From the sequence record MT374852.1: a stretch of 32,000 nt of DNA. One strand, 5' to 3'. The translations under genes were made by a program, and so were the position numbers. The notes beneath the pieces are model-generated. The model was not told where the DNA came from. It saw only the letters and a program-made list of their open reading frames with translations, and did not search any database. Position 1 is the first letter of the stretch. The number at the start of each line of letters is the position of its first letter. Origin of the DNA: Yersinia phage vB_YpM_3. Positions 18,892-28,593 of this stretch are shown piece after piece.

Positions 18892-20379
18892 ATGTTTGAA
18901 GATGCTTTAAATGCCGTTAATGCTGTCCGGGATAAAACCGGTGGAGGCAGGAAAACAACCGGCAAAAGCACGTTCCGTAACGTGCCGTTTCTCGTCATCG
19001 AGGAGCAAAAACAGGCTGGCGGACGTCGCCTGGTTAAACGCGAGTACCCGTTACGTGATACCGGCGGCGTCAATGACCTGGGGAAAAAGCTTCGCTCCCG
19101 TACATTCAGCGCCTGCATTCTGAACAGCAACGCAGAAACAGCCAGAGATGAAGCGGGTGCGCTGATGGATGCTCTTGATGCTCCGGGTAGCGGTGAGCTG
19201 GTACATCCTGATTTCGGCACTGTGGACGTCATGGTGGATTCATGGGAATGCCGCACTAAAGCGGATGAACTGAATTATTACGCGTTCACCGTTACCGTTT
19301 ATCCGTCGTTGCAGGATACTGCCCCGGACGCAGAGACAGACACCAGTGCAGCCGTACCGGCACAGGCCGTTGCTGTAACCGGTTCTCTGGGAGATACGCT
19401 GTCCTCTGTCTGGCAGACCGTAAAAGATGGCACTGCGGCGGCAACCGCCGTGATGGAAGCTGTAACCGGTGTCATCGATGATATCAGTGATGCGGTGGAC
19501 AATCTGGGGGTTACGCAGACTGTCAGCGGTCTGATGGGATCGCTTTCTGCGATGAAAGGCTCTGTGACCAGCCTGATTAACCAGCCTGCCATGCTGGCCT
19601 CCTCGCTGATGGGGGCGCTGTCCGGCGTTTCATCGTTATGCGATACCCGGACAGCATTTTCCACATGGAACCGTCTGGCGCAGCGATTCGAACGTCGCCA
19701 TGCCGCCACCGCAGGCAGACAGGGGACAATCACAACCTCGTACAACAGTCCGGTTGCAGAAAAAAATATTGCCACACTGAACTACGTCATGCTGGCAGCA
19801 GCACAGACATACCGGGCGGAGGCAGCAAGCCAGGCACTGACTGCGGCACTGGATTTCAGTCGCCGGATGGATAATGCCGCCCGTGCACCTGTACTGGATG
19901 CCCCGTCCACCACAACCGGCACAGCCAGCGGGGCCAGCAGCACATCCGCTACCGTCACACAGGGACAGTTACAGTTAACTGCCATAACCCCGGACGGCGG
20001 CTTTTCACAGGTATCCTTTTCAGACAGTGGTACAGCCACGCCCCCGGTATTTGAAAGTGTGTCCGATATCGGAAAAACAGCCGCCAAGCTGGGGGCAGCG
20101 CTGGATACCGTCATTCTGACGGCATCTGAGCAGGGCTTTTCGACAGACAGCGTTCAGCTTACGCAACTGCGTCTGCTGGTTGTTGCCGACCTGGAAAAAC
20201 GCGGGCTGCAACTGGCGGGCAGTGAAACGCACCGCCTGCCGGAGACGATGCCTGCAATGGTGGCTCTGTACCGTTACACAGGAAACAGCCGGAACTGGCA
20301 ACGGCTGGCCCGCAGGAACGGTATCAGCAACCCGTTGTTTGTTCCCGGTGGTGTCAGTATTGAGGTGATTAATGAGTAA
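18892..20379 (+). CDS. N: DNA circularization protein N-terminus family (gp43, N)
   Basis: [50 protein letters not shown]. Confidence 0.92.
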   Translation: MFEDALNAVNAVRDKTGGGRKTTGKSTFRNVPFLVIEEQKQAGGRRLVKREYPLRDTGGVNDLGKKLRSRTFSACILNSNAETARDEAGALMDALDAPGSGELVHPDFGTVDVMVDSWECRTKADELNYYAFTVTVYPSLQDTAPDAETDTSAAVPAQAVAVTGSLGDTLSSVWQTVKDGTAAATAVMEAVTGVIDDISDAVDNLGVTQTVSGLMGSLSAMKGSVTSLINQPAMLASSLMGALSGVSSLCDTRTAFSTWNRLAQRFERRHAATAGRQGTITTSYNSPVAEKNIATLNYVMLAAAQTYRAEAASQALTAALDFSRRMDNAARAPVLDAPSTTTGTASGASSTSATVTQGQLQLTAITPDGGFSQVSFSDSGTATPPVFESVSDIGKTAAKLGAALDTVILTASEQGFSTDSVQLTQLRLLVVADLEKRGLQLAGSETHRLPETMPAMVALYRYTGNSRNWQRLARRNGISNPLFVPGGVSIEVINE

Positions 20380-21511
20380 TACCGTCACGCTGCGAACGGA
20401 TGGCAGGCTTTTTACCGGCTGGACGTCAGTCTCTGTCACCCGCTCGATTGAATCCGTAGCCGGATATTTTGAGCTGGGAGTGAACGTGCCACCGGGCACG
20501 GATTTATCCGGGCTGGCTCCGGGGAAGAAGTTCACGCTCGAAATCGAGGGGCAGATTGTCTGCACCGGTTATATCGATTCACGGCGACGCCAGATGACCG
20601 CTGACAGTATGAAAATCACTGTCGCCGGACGTGACAAAACGGCTGACCTGATTGACTGTGCTGCCGTTTACAGTGGCGGACAGTGGAAAAACCGCACACT
20701 GGAGCAGATTGCGCGTGACCTGTGCGCTCCTTATGGCGTTACCGTTCGCTGGGAGCTTTCCGATAAGGAAAGTTCGGCAGCTTTTCCCGGCTTCACGCTG
20801 GACCATTCAGAAACCGTTTATGAGGCGCTGGTGCGTGCCTCCCGCGCACGCGGTGTACTGATGACCAGCAATGCCGCCGGAGAGCTGGTATTCAGCCGGG
20901 CTGCCAGCACAGCCACTGATGAGCTGGTTCTCGGAGAAAATCTGCTGACACTGGATTTTGAGGAAGACTTCCGCGACCGGTTCAGCGAATACACCGTCAA
21001 GGGGTATGCCCGCGCAAATGGTGCTGAGGGTGATGATATTGATGCGAAAAGTATCGTCTCCCGGAAAGGGACCGCCACTGACAGTGATGTGACCCGTTAC
21101 AGACCGATGATCATCATTGCTGACAGCAAAATTACGGCGAAGGATGCACAGGCCCGCGCCCTGCGTGAGCAACGCCGCAGACTGGCAAAATCCATCACCT
21201 TTGAGGCAGAAATTGACGGATGGACACGCAAGGACGGGCAACTCTGGATGCCGAACCTGCTGGTCACTATTGATGCCTCGAAATATGCCATCAAAACCAC
21301 AGAATTACTGGTCAGCAAAGTCACCCTGATACTGAATGACCAGGACGGGCTGAAAACCCGCGTCAGCCTTGCACCACGCGAAGGCTTTCTGGTGCCGGTT
21401 GAAAGCGACCGTAAAAACAGGAAAGGCGGCGACAGTAACGGCGGTATTGATGCGCTGGTTGAAGATTATTATCGCAGACACCCGGAGAAAACGCCGCCGT
21501 GGAAAGAGTAA
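20372..21511 (+). CDS. P: baseplate hub / late control D-like protein (gp44, P)
   Basis: [33 protein letters not shown]...; VFHRG-type hub repeat regions; conserved position. Confidence 0.9.
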   Translation: MSNTVTLRTDGRLFTGWTSVSVTRSIESVAGYFELGVNVPPGTDLSGLAPGKKFTLEIEGQIVCTGYIDSRRRQMTADSMKITVAGRDKTADLIDCAAVYSGGQWKNRTLEQIARDLCAPYGVTVRWELSDKESSAAFPGFTLDHSETVYEALVRASRARGVLMTSNAAGELVFSRAASTATDELVLGENLLTLDFEEDFRDRFSEYTVKGYARANGAEGDDIDAKSIVSRKGTATDSDVTRYRPMIIIADSKITAKDAQARALREQRRRLAKSITFEAEIDGWTRKDGQLWMPNLLVTIDASKYAIKTTELLVSKVTLILNDQDGLKTRVSLAPREGFLVPVESDRKNRKGGDSNGGIDALVEDYYRRHPEKTPPWKE

Positions 21512-22092
21512 ATGATTCCGCCCTGAACCGCCTGCTGACGCCGCTGATGCGTCGTGTGCGCCTGATGCTTGCGCGCGCTGTTGTTAACGTGATTAACGAC
21601 GGGCGAAAGGTTCAGAACCTGCAGGTCGGTCTGCTGGATGATGAGGAATCCGATGAAGTGGAGCGCCTGCAAAATTACGGGCATTTCAGCGTTCCCCTGC
21701 CGGGCGCAGAGGCGCTGATTGCCTGTGTAGGCGCACAACGTGATCAGGGGATTGCTGTTGTGGTGGAAGACCGCCGCTACCGCCCGACAAATCTTGAACC
21801 GGGTGATGCAGGCATTTACCACCACGAGGGGCATCGTATCAGGCTGACAAAGGACGGACGCTGCATCATTACCTGTAAAACGGTTGAGGTTTACGCTGAT
21901 GAAAGTATGACCGTTGACACACCCAGAACCACGTTTACCGGCGACGTTGAGATCCAGAAAGGTCTGGGCGTTAAAGGTAAAAGCCAGTTCGACAGCAATA
22001 TTACTGCCCCGGATGCCATCATCAATGGCAAATCGACGGATAAGCATATCCACCGTGGCGACAGCGGCGGAACCACAGGGCCGATGCAATGA
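21499..22092 (+). CDS. baseplate assembly / tail spike protein (gp45, gpV-like)
   Basis: LQVGLLDDEESDEVERLQNYGHFSVPLPGAEALIACVGAQRDQGIAVVVEDRRYRP; C-terminal HKHIHRGDSGGTTGP metal-binding tip. Confidence 0.92.
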   Translation: MERVNDSALNRLLTPLMRRVRLMLARAVVNVINDGRKVQNLQVGLLDDEESDEVERLQNYGHFSVPLPGAEALIACVGAQRDQGIAVVVEDRRYRPTNLEPGDAGIYHHEGHRIRLTKDGRCIITCKTVEVYADESMTVDTPRTTFTGDVEIQKGLGVKGKSQFDSNITAPDAIINGKSTDKHIHRGDSGGTTGPMQ

Positions 22093-22526
22093 CCGATTTA
22101 GCCATTATCTGGACGAACGGACGCGGCGATATTGCGCAGGATGGTATTGATATGCTGACCGACGACAGCCTGACAACCGATGTGACAATCTCCCTGTTTA
22201 CCGACCGGCGCGCGCTGGATTCTGACACGCTGCCGGATGGTTCAGATGATCGCCGTGGATGGTGGGGTGACAGTTACCGCGACCGCCCCATCGGTTCGCG
22301 GTTGTGGCTGTTATCACGTGAAAAAGCCACGCCGGATACGCTGGAACGCGCCAGAGGGTATGCCGAAGAGGCGCTGGAATGGCTGAAAACAGCGGGCCGG
22401 GTAAGTGCGATTAACGTCAGAGCGGAACAGTTACATCAGGGCTGGTTATACCTCTACATTGCACTGACATTACCGGATGGTTCCGTTATTCCTTATGAGT
22501 TTAAAGCAGCATTTAACGGGGTTTAA
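22089..22526 (+). CDS. baseplate wedge protein, gpW/gp25-like (gp46)
   Basis: MTDLAIIWTNGRGDIAQDGIDMLTDDSLTTDVTISLFTDRRAL. Confidence 0.9.
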   Translation: MTDLAIIWTNGRGDIAQDGIDMLTDDSLTTDVTISLFTDRRALDSDTLPDGSDDRRGWWGDSYRDRPIGSRLWLLSREKATPDTLERARGYAEEALEWLKTAGRVSAINVRAEQLHQGWLYLYIALTLPDGSVIPYEFKAAFNGV

Positions 22527-23609
22527 ATGGCTTATTCACCACCGACATTATCATCGCTGATTGCCCGTACAGAACAAAATATTGAACAGCGCCTGCCGGG
22601 TAGCTGGCCTCAGGCCCGTGAAAAAACGCTGAGTGCCATTGCTTATGCTCAGGCGGGCCTTGCTGCCGGTTGTCACGAGCATATTTCATGGGTTGGACGG
22701 CAGATTATCCCGTCGACAGCAGATGAAGATGAGTTGCTGGAGCACTGCCGGTTCTGGGGCGTGCGCCGCAAACAGGCGACAGCAGCCAGCGGCCCGCTGA
22801 CTGTCACCACATCGGCAGCGACCACCATTCCTGCCGGTACACGCTGGCAGCGTGCTGATGGTGTGGTTTACAGCCTGGCTGATGCCATTGTGATTGACCG
22901 TGCAGGAACGACGGAAATTACCGTTACCGCACTGGCTGCCGGTGAGGCAGGAAATACCGGTGAGAATACCCTTTTAACGTTGATCACCCCGGTTGCCTGT
23001 GTTGTTTCCGATGCCATCACTGTAAAAGGGTTTTCCGGTGGGGCTGATATTGAGAGTGCAGCGGAGCTGCTGTCACGGCTGGAATATCGTGTCCAGTATC
23101 CTCCGTTCGGCGGTAATCAGTTTGATTATGTTCGCTGGGCGCGTGAAGTCAGCGGCGTTACCCGTGCCTGGTGTTTTCCGACATGGAAAGGCGGTGGCAC
23201 AGTCGGGGTGACGTTTGTTATGGATAACCGGAGCAATATTTTTCCACAACCGGCAGATGTGGAACGCGTGGCGGATTATATCGCCGGTCATACAGACCCG
23301 ATAACCGGTCTGATTGTCGGGCAGCCTGATGGTGTAAATGTCACGGTATTTGCGCCAAAGGCAAAGCCGGTAAATCCACGGATTTATATATCACCGAAGA
23401 CAGCCGAACTGAAACAGGCTATTACTCACGCCATTAATACCATGTTTTTTAATGAGGTGACGCCGGGCGGCGCACTTGCCCCCTCCCGTATTATCCGTGC
23501 GGTGGCAGGTGTTACCGGTCTGGATGATTTTGAAGTGCGTTTCCCGACAGAGATCCAGCGTTCGGAGAATACGGAACTGTTAACACCGGGGACAATTGAA
23601 TGGCTGTAA
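22527..23609 (+). CDS. baseplate J-like protein (gp47)
   Basis: SGGADIESAAELLSRLEYRVQYPPFGGNQFDYVRWAREVSGVTRAWCFPTWKGGGTVGVTFV. Confidence 0.93.
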   Translation: MAYSPPTLSSLIARTEQNIEQRLPGSWPQAREKTLSAIAYAQAGLAAGCHEHISWVGRQIIPSTADEDELLEHCRFWGVRRKQATAASGPLTVTTSAATTIPAGTRWQRADGVVYSLADAIVIDRAGTTEITVTALAAGEAGNTGENTLLTLITPVACVVSDAITVKGFSGGADIESAAELLSRLEYRVQYPPFGGNQFDYVRWAREVSGVTRAWCFPTWKGGGTVGVTFVMDNRSNIFPQPADVERVADYIAGHTDPITGLIVGQPDGVNVTVFAPKAKPVNPRIYISPKTAELKQAITHAINTMFFNEVTPGGALAPSRIIRAVAGVTGLDDFEVRFPTEIQRSENTELLTPGTIEWL

Positions 23610-24142
23610 CACCCTATCAGACGGCCTTTCTGCAATTACTGCCGTCAGGGCTTGCCTGGAATAAAAGCCCCGACAGCAAATTATCTGCGCTGGCGCAGGC
23701 CATCAGCGACGTGATTGCCACTGCGGCGGATGATGCGCGGCAAATGCTGCGGGAGCGTTTCCCGTCCACATCCCGCTGGTATCTGGGGGAGTGGGAATCA
23801 TTTCTGGGGTTGCCGGACTGTACAAGCGAAAACGGCACCCTGTCCGAACGCCAGCGGGCTGCCGCGAATAAAATGCGTATGACCGGCAATCTGAGTCGGC
23901 GCTTTTATGAATGGCTGGCTGCGCAGTACGGTTTTACCGTCAGGCTGACGGATTCCACAGAAGGCCAGTGGGTTACGCAGGTCAATATTTACGGTATTAA
24001 AAATTATCGCAACGCAACGGTGCTGGATAATGTTCTGACGCCGTTACGTGTTTATGAATCGGGTGCGCTGGAATGTTTACTGGAGAAATATAAACCCGCA
24101 CATCAGATTTATAAATTTGTTTACCATGACGGAGATAACTAA
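23600..24142 (+). CDS. DUF2313 tail protein (gp48)
   Basis: LLPSGLAWNKSPDSKLSALAQAISDVIATAADDARQMLRERFPSTSRWYLGEWESFLGLPD. Confidence 0.9.
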   Translation: MAVTPYQTAFLQLLPSGLAWNKSPDSKLSALAQAISDVIATAADDARQMLRERFPSTSRWYLGEWESFLGLPDCTSENGTLSERQRAAANKMRMTGNLSRRFYEWLAAQYGFTVRLTDSTEGQWVTQVNIYGIKNYRNATVLDNVLTPLRVYESGALECLLEKYKPAHQIYKFVYHDGDN

Positions 24143-25677
24143 TGTTTTATATTGATAACGACAGCGGCGTAACCGTCATGCCGCCCGTATCCGCCCAGCG
24201 TAGTGCTATCGTTCGCTGGTTTTCAGAAGGTGACGGGAATAATGTTATCACATGGCCCGGCATGGACTGGTTTAATATTGTGCAGGCGGAGTTATTAAAC
24301 ACGCTGGAAGAAGCCGGTATTCAACCGGATAAAACAAAATTAAACCAGCTTGCACTGTCCATTAAAGCCATCATGAACAAGAACGCGCTGCTGATAAAAA
24401 ATAACCTCAGCGAAATTAAAACTGCCGGGGCATCAGCACAGCGTACAGCACGTGAAAATCTGGATATCTATGATGCCAGCCTGAACAAAAAAGGACTCGT
24501 TCAGCTAACCAGTGCCACTGACAGCCCCAGTGAAACGCTGGCAGCCACCGCAAAAGCGGTGAAAATTGCGATGGATAATGCCAATGCCCGTCTGGCAAAA
24601 GAGCGGAACGGAGCAGATATTCCCAATAAGCCGCTGTTTATCCAAAACCTCGGTTTACAGGAAACAGTAAACAAGGCTGGTAACGCCGTTCAGCGTTCCG
24701 GCGATAAAATGACCGGAGAACTGAAAATTGGCACGGTGAATGCGCTGCGAATTTTCAATGATGCCTTCGGTCTTATTTTCCGTCGTTCAGAAGATTTTCT
24801 TCATTTCATTCCGACGGCTGAAGGACAAGGCGAAAACGGTGATATCGGCCCATTAAGGCCATTCGCTATAAATCTGAGAACAGGTGCTATATCTGTCAGC
24901 CACGGGGCCAAAATTGATGGTGGGCTGGCGCTTGGTACAGATAACGCACTGGGCGGTAATTCCATTACTCTCGGAGATAACGACACTGGTATTAAACAGG
25001 GCGGCGACGGTGTCCTTTTATTCTATTCAAATGGACAACTGGCATTTGGGCTTCAACCCGCATCTGCTGATTTTTATAAGCGGGTTGCATATATTCATCA
25101 GGGAATAATTCCTGATGGAAGTGGCGCATTTGCAGACCAGTTGAATAATGCCACCGCGCCTTTTGTTCAGACGCAGTTTGCCTGGAATCCCACTCCTGGT
25201 GGTCATTACGTGCCGATAGTTAAGGGCTTGTCCATTCGCAATGGACAGGGCTATCCCGGCGCGGTCAGCTTTGGGTATTTACTGACAGAACAGTATGGAT
25301 TTCCGGTTCCATGTATTCATATGCGTGGCGATGGCGGTAATGATGCTTTATGGCAGTTTAACCCGAACGATAAATCCTTTATTTCACCGGGTGCTCTTAT
25401 TGCGGGTGGCGTCCGTTATAACACCGATGGAAATATATTTGGTGGGTGCTGGGGTTCAAACTTAAATGATTACCTGAATAGTTCTTTTATCAGAAATGTG
25501 CGTCTGGGAGGCAGACGTTCTGACACATTATATCGCGGAGGACTTTGCGAACCAGGTAATGGTCATGTGACAACAGGATTGCAAATTATTGGTGAGGTTG
25601 ATGGAGATGACTGGATGGTGTCACGACCACTACAAAAATACATTTCTGGTAACTGGTATAACGTTGAACAGGCATAG
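24142..25677 (+). CDS. S: tail fiber protein S, currently expressed version (constant N-terminus + variable region)
   Basis: MFYIDNDSGVTVMPPVSAQRSAIVRWFSEGDGNNVITWPGMDWFNIVQ...; gix site inside codons for FIQNLGLQ. Confidence 0.95.
   Translation: MFYIDNDSGVTVMPPVSAQRSAIVRWFSEGDGNNVITWPGMDWFNIVQAELLNTLEEAGIQPDKTKLNQLALSIKAIMNKNALLIKNNLSEIKTAGASAQRTARENLDIYDASLNKKGLVQLTSATDSPSETLAATAKAVKIAMDNANARLAKERNGADIPNKPLFIQNLGLQETVNKAGNAVQRSGDKMTGELKIGTVNALRIFNDAFGLIFRRSEDFLHFIPTAEGQGENGDIGPLRPFAINLRTGAISVSHGAKIDGGLALGTDNALGGNSITLGDNDTGIKQGGDGVLLFYSNGQLAFGLQPASADFYKRVAYIHQGIIPDGSGAFADQLNNATAPFVQTQFAWNPTPGGHYVPIVKGLSIRNGQGYPGAVSFGYLLTEQYGFPVPCIHMRGDGGNDALWQFNPNDKSFISPGALIAGGVRYNTDGNIFGGCWGSNLNDYLNSSFIRNVRLGGRRSDTLYRGGLCEPGNGHVTTGLQIIGEVDGDDWMVSRPLQKYISGNWYNVEQA
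24638..24663 (+). promoter_or_regulatory. gix recombination site (left)
   Basis: TTATCCAAAACCTCGGTTTACAGGAA; inverted copy at 27649-27674 with 2 mismatches; matches the Gin site family. Confidence 0.95.
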
Positions 25678-25692
25678 CCATCAGGAGAATAT

Positions 25693-26220
25693 ATGCAACA
25701 TCTGAAAAATATTACCGCCGGAAACCCCAAAACCATTGAGCAGTATCAGCTTACGAAAAAAGCTGGCGTTATCTGGCTATATACAGAAGACGGTAAAAAC
25801 TGGTATGACGAATTAAAAAAATTTCAGGATGATACTTTAAAAATAGCTTATGACCAGAAGGGGATTATTCGTTGTATTGAGAAAGACGTATCAATGCTTA
25901 ACCCTGACGGGTTAAGTGTTGTTGAGTTACCGAATATAACAGCCAACCGTCGCGCCGATATCTCGGGAAACTGGAAGTTTCTGGATGGTAAAGTAGTAAA
26001 GCGGGAATATACAAAACAGGAACTGCAGCAGCAGGCAGAGTTACAAAAAGCCGCTTTGCTTTCCGAAGCGGAGTCTGTGATTCAACCGCTGGAACGTGCT
26101 GTCAGACTGAATATGGCAACTGATGAGGAACGCACACGACTGGAATCATGGGAACGCTACAGCGTTATGGTCAGCCGTGTGGATACTGCAAAGCCTGAAT
26201 GGCCACAGAAACCAGAATAA
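25693..26220 (+). CDS. U: tail fiber assembly protein U
   Basis: [53 protein letters not shown]. Confidence 0.93.
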   Translation: MQHLKNITAGNPKTIEQYQLTKKAGVIWLYTEDGKNWYDELKKFQDDTLKIAYDQKGIIRCIEKDVSMLNPDGLSVVELPNITANRRADISGNWKFLDGKVVKREYTKQELQQQAELQKAALLSEAESVIQPLERAVRLNMATDEERTRLESWERYSVMVSRVDTAKPEWPQKPE

Positions 26221-26229
26221 CAACAAATT

Positions 26230-26249
26230 AAGGCCCGTACGGGCCTTTT
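26230..26249. terminator. bidirectional terminator between convergent U and U'
   Basis: AAGGCCCGTACGGGCCTTTT hairpin in the 30-bp gap between the two convergent stop codons. Confidence 0.8.
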
Positions 26250-26250
26250 C

Positions 26251-26784
26251 TTATTCTGGTGGTTCCGGGAATGTTACAGGAAGAACCGAGGTATCAGTTG
26301 TCTCAACCTGTTGCACGTATCGCATCCAGTTCATCAGTTGCTGTCTGTCTGAATCAGTGATAATCCCCAAAGTAAGCTGTGTTTGCCAGAACTGCGTTTT
26401 TTCTCTGGCCTGCTGTAATAATATTTTTTTCTGGTTTTCCGTCTGTAGGCGCAACTCTTCTTCGGTATATACACGTTTAATGACTGCGCCATCTTTAAAC
26501 ATCCATTTACCTGAGTCGTCAGCACGCCGGTTGGCGGTAATATCAGGAATCTCAACGACGCTATAACCTTCAGGGTTAAGTGTGGAGGCATCTTTGGTTA
26601 TGGCAACAATAATATTATTTTCGTCGTAAACAATCTTTATGGTGTCTTCCTGAAAGTTATTTACTTCCTCATACCAGTTTTTACCGTCTTCTGTATATAA
26701 CCAGATAACATCAAAATTCTTTGTTAGCTGATATTGCTCTTTTGTTTTTGGATTTCCTGACTTAATATTTTTTAAATGCTGCAT
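26251..26784 (-). CDS. U': alternative tail fiber assembly protein U'
   Basis: [53 protein letters not shown], a diverged paralogue of U on the opposite strand. Confidence 0.93.
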   Translation of the reverse strand: MQHLKNIKSGNPKTKEQYQLTKNFDVIWLYTEDGKNWYEEVNNFQEDTIKIVYDENNIIVAITKDASTLNPEGYSVVEIPDITANRRADDSGKWMFKDGAVIKRVYTEEELRLQTENQKKILLQQAREKTQFWQTQLTLGIITDSDRQQLMNWMRYVQQVETTDTSVLPVTFPEPPE

Positions 26785-26787
26785 AAT

Positions 26788-27657
26788 TTACACCTGTGCG
26801 ACGTTATACCATGTGCCATTGATGTATTTTTGTATTGGTCTGAAGATGGCTTCATCATCGCCATCTACTTCACCAATGATTCTTAATCCGGTAATTGCGT
26901 GTCCGGCTTTTTCATAACGACCACCACGCGCCATCAATTGAACAACACGCGTACCCAGGCGAACATCTTTCACATAGCGGGAATCAAAATTCCCCCAGTT
27001 GCTGGGTTGTATCTGACCGTTAACAGCAAATATTACTGAGTTATCTGTATTTCGCTGACTATAGAAATGCCAGCCAGAATCATCGCCAAGCTCTGCAACA
27101 GTTGGCCTTGACGAAGCGCCCCATAAATTAAACCCTACGTTCTTCGTGGAGTTGTTGGAGCTGGATAGCGTGAATTTTTTACCATCCCCGGCCTGAATAT
27201 TTTTAAAAGCAATAGCCACTCCATTCTGAAAGCGGAATACACGCTGACTATTAGCATAAACATCCAGAATACCGTCTCCATTCTGTTTAAATCCGGTGTC
27301 ATTATCACCAAGAACAATAGAGCTACCACCTAACGCATTCGTCGAACCAACTCCAAGACTGCCATTAATGACAGCATTAACCAGAATATTTAGTGCATCC
27401 CATTTCAGCGTCATCAGGTCTTTTGTTGTGGTGCTTTGTTTGCTTCTCCATTTGAAATATTCATTGCCGTTGTCGCCTGTTTCAAACCACATGAATGAAT
27501 CAGTGTCACCATCGGCATCATTTTTAAATCCAATCTTCGCCCAGTCAGTATTTCGAATCCAGGCAAGGATTGAGTCGTTTTCAAAAGTAAGTCCACCGGA
27601 TAAGGTATCGCCTGTCTTTTGAACGGCGTTACCAGCCTTGTTTACCGTTTCCTGCAA
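26788..27657 (-). CDS. S': silent alternative tail fiber variable region Sv' (no start of its own; joined to S constant part after inversion)
   Basis: The track's first residue is TTG27657; reading frame is continuous through the gix half-site with the same LQETVNKAGNAVQ as S; ends ITGLRIIGEVDGDDEAIFRPIQKYINGTWYNVAQV. Confidence 0.93.
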   Translation of the reverse strand: MQETVNKAGNAVQKTGDTLSGGLTFENDSILAWIRNTDWAKIGFKNDADGDTDSFMWFETGDNGNEYFKWRSKQSTTTKDLMTLKWDALNILVNAVINGSLGVGSTNALGGSSIVLGDNDTGFKQNGDGILDVYANSQRVFRFQNGVAIAFKNIQAGDGKKFTLSSSNNSTKNVGFNLWGASSRPTVAELGDDSGWHFYSQRNTDNSVIFAVNGQIQPSNWGNFDSRYVKDVRLGTRVVQLMARGGRYEKAGHAITGLRIIGEVDGDDEAIFRPIQKYINGTWYNVAQV

Positions 27658-27674
27658 ACCGAGGTTTTAGATAA
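27649..27674 (-). promoter_or_regulatory. gix recombination site (right)
   Basis: TTCCTGCAAACCGAGGTTTTAGATAA on + strand, reverse complement of the left site except 2 positions. Confidence 0.95.
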
Positions 27675-27728
27675 TGGCTGTTTCCGGCCTGCATGGCATG
27701 ATTTGCGCTTTTAAACGGGAGATCCAGA

Positions 27729-28346
27729 GTGCTGATTGGCTATGTAAGGGTATCAACAAATGACCAGAATACAGACCTGCAACGAAACGCTCTTGTTTGT
27801 GCAGGATGTGAACAAATATTTGAAGATAAATTAAGCGGAACAAGGACAGACAGACCTGGATTAAAACGCGCTTTAAAGCGCCTTCAAAAAGGTGACACAC
27901 TGGTTGTCTGGAAACTGGATCGCCTCGGGCGAAGCATGAAACATCTGATTTCCCTCGTCGGGGAACTACGGGAGCGAGGGATTAATTTTCGCAGTCTTAC
28001 CGACAGCATAGACACATCTTCTCCAATGGGGCGTTTTTTCTTCCACGTTATGGGTGCCCTGGCTGAAATGGAACGAGAACTAATCATCGAGCGAACGATG
28101 GCTGGACTTGCTGCCGCCAGAAATAAAGGCCGTATTGGTGGGCGACCACCTAAACTAACCAAAGCGGAATGGGAGCAGGCCGGGCGTTTATTAGCACAAG
28201 GAATCCCCCGCAAGCAGGTTGCATTGATCTATGATGTGGCTCTGTCAACTCTGTATAAAAAACACCCCGCGAAACGAACGCATATAGAAAACGACGATCG
28301 AATCAATCAAATCGATCGGCAATACAGATCGATTATGCCCCAATAA
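27729..28346 (+). CDS. gin: serine recombinase Gin (G-segment invertase), GTG start
   Basis: LIGYVRVSTNDQNTDLQRNAL (Ser9), wild-type His106 and Met114 in FFFHVMGALAEMERELI, C-terminal HTH. 205 aa here. Confidence 0.97.
   Translation: MLIGYVRVSTNDQNTDLQRNALVCAGCEQIFEDKLSGTRTDRPGLKRALKRLQKGDTLVVWKLDRLGRSMKHLISLVGELRERGINFRSLTDSIDTSSPMGRFFFHVMGALAEMERELIIERTMAGLAAARNKGRIGGRPPKLTKAEWEQAGRLLAQGIPRKQVALIYDVALSTLYKKHPAKRTHIENDDRINQIDRQYRSIMPQ
28296..28330. promoter_or_regulatory. three-GATC cluster of the mom regulatory region (Dam/OxyR control)
   Basis: GATC at 28296, 28314 and 28327 upstream of the mom promoter, inside the gin 3' end. Confidence 0.85.
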
Positions 28347-28376
28347 CCACACTCAACCCACGATGTTTTTTAAGAT
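28333..28376 (+). promoter_or_regulatory. Pmom: C-binding site TTAT-N6-ATAA (28333-28346), -35 ACCACA (28346-28351), -10 TAAGAT (28371-28376)
   Basis: Direct sequence match to the known C interrupted palindrome and the Pmom hexamers with 19-bp spacer. Confidence 0.9.
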
Positions 28377-28404
28377 AGTGGCGAATTGATGCAAAGGAGG
28401 TGAG

Positions 28405-28593
28405 ATGAAATCAATTCGCTGTAAAAACTGCAACAAACTGTTATTTAAGGCGGATTCCTTTGATCACATTGAAATCAGGTGTCCGCGTTGCAAACGTCAC
28501 ATCATAATGCTGAATGCCTGCGAGCATCCCACGGAGAAACATTGTGGGAAAAGAGAAGAAATCACGCATTCTGACGAAACCGTGCGTTATTGA
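28405..28593 (+). CDS. com: Com translational activator (zinc finger)
   Basis: [35 protein letters not shown]; strong GGAGGTGAG ribosome-binding site. Confidence 0.95.
   Translation: MKSIRCKNCNKLLFKADSFDHIEIRCPRCKRHIIMLNACEHPTEKHCGKREEITHSDETVRY

Larger units (their letters stand above)
24650..27662. mobile_element. invertible G segment (about 3.0 kb) encoding alternative tail fiber/chaperone pairs
   Basis: Bounded by inverted gix sites; S/U on + strand and S'/U' on - strand converge; gin lies just outside. Confidence 0.96.

Noticed and set aside
20250-20371. C-dependent promoter upstream of gp44 (PP of Mu)
   Set aside because: Expected from Mu biology, but I found no ATAA half-site with a -10 at the 24-bp spacing seen in the other three; not called.
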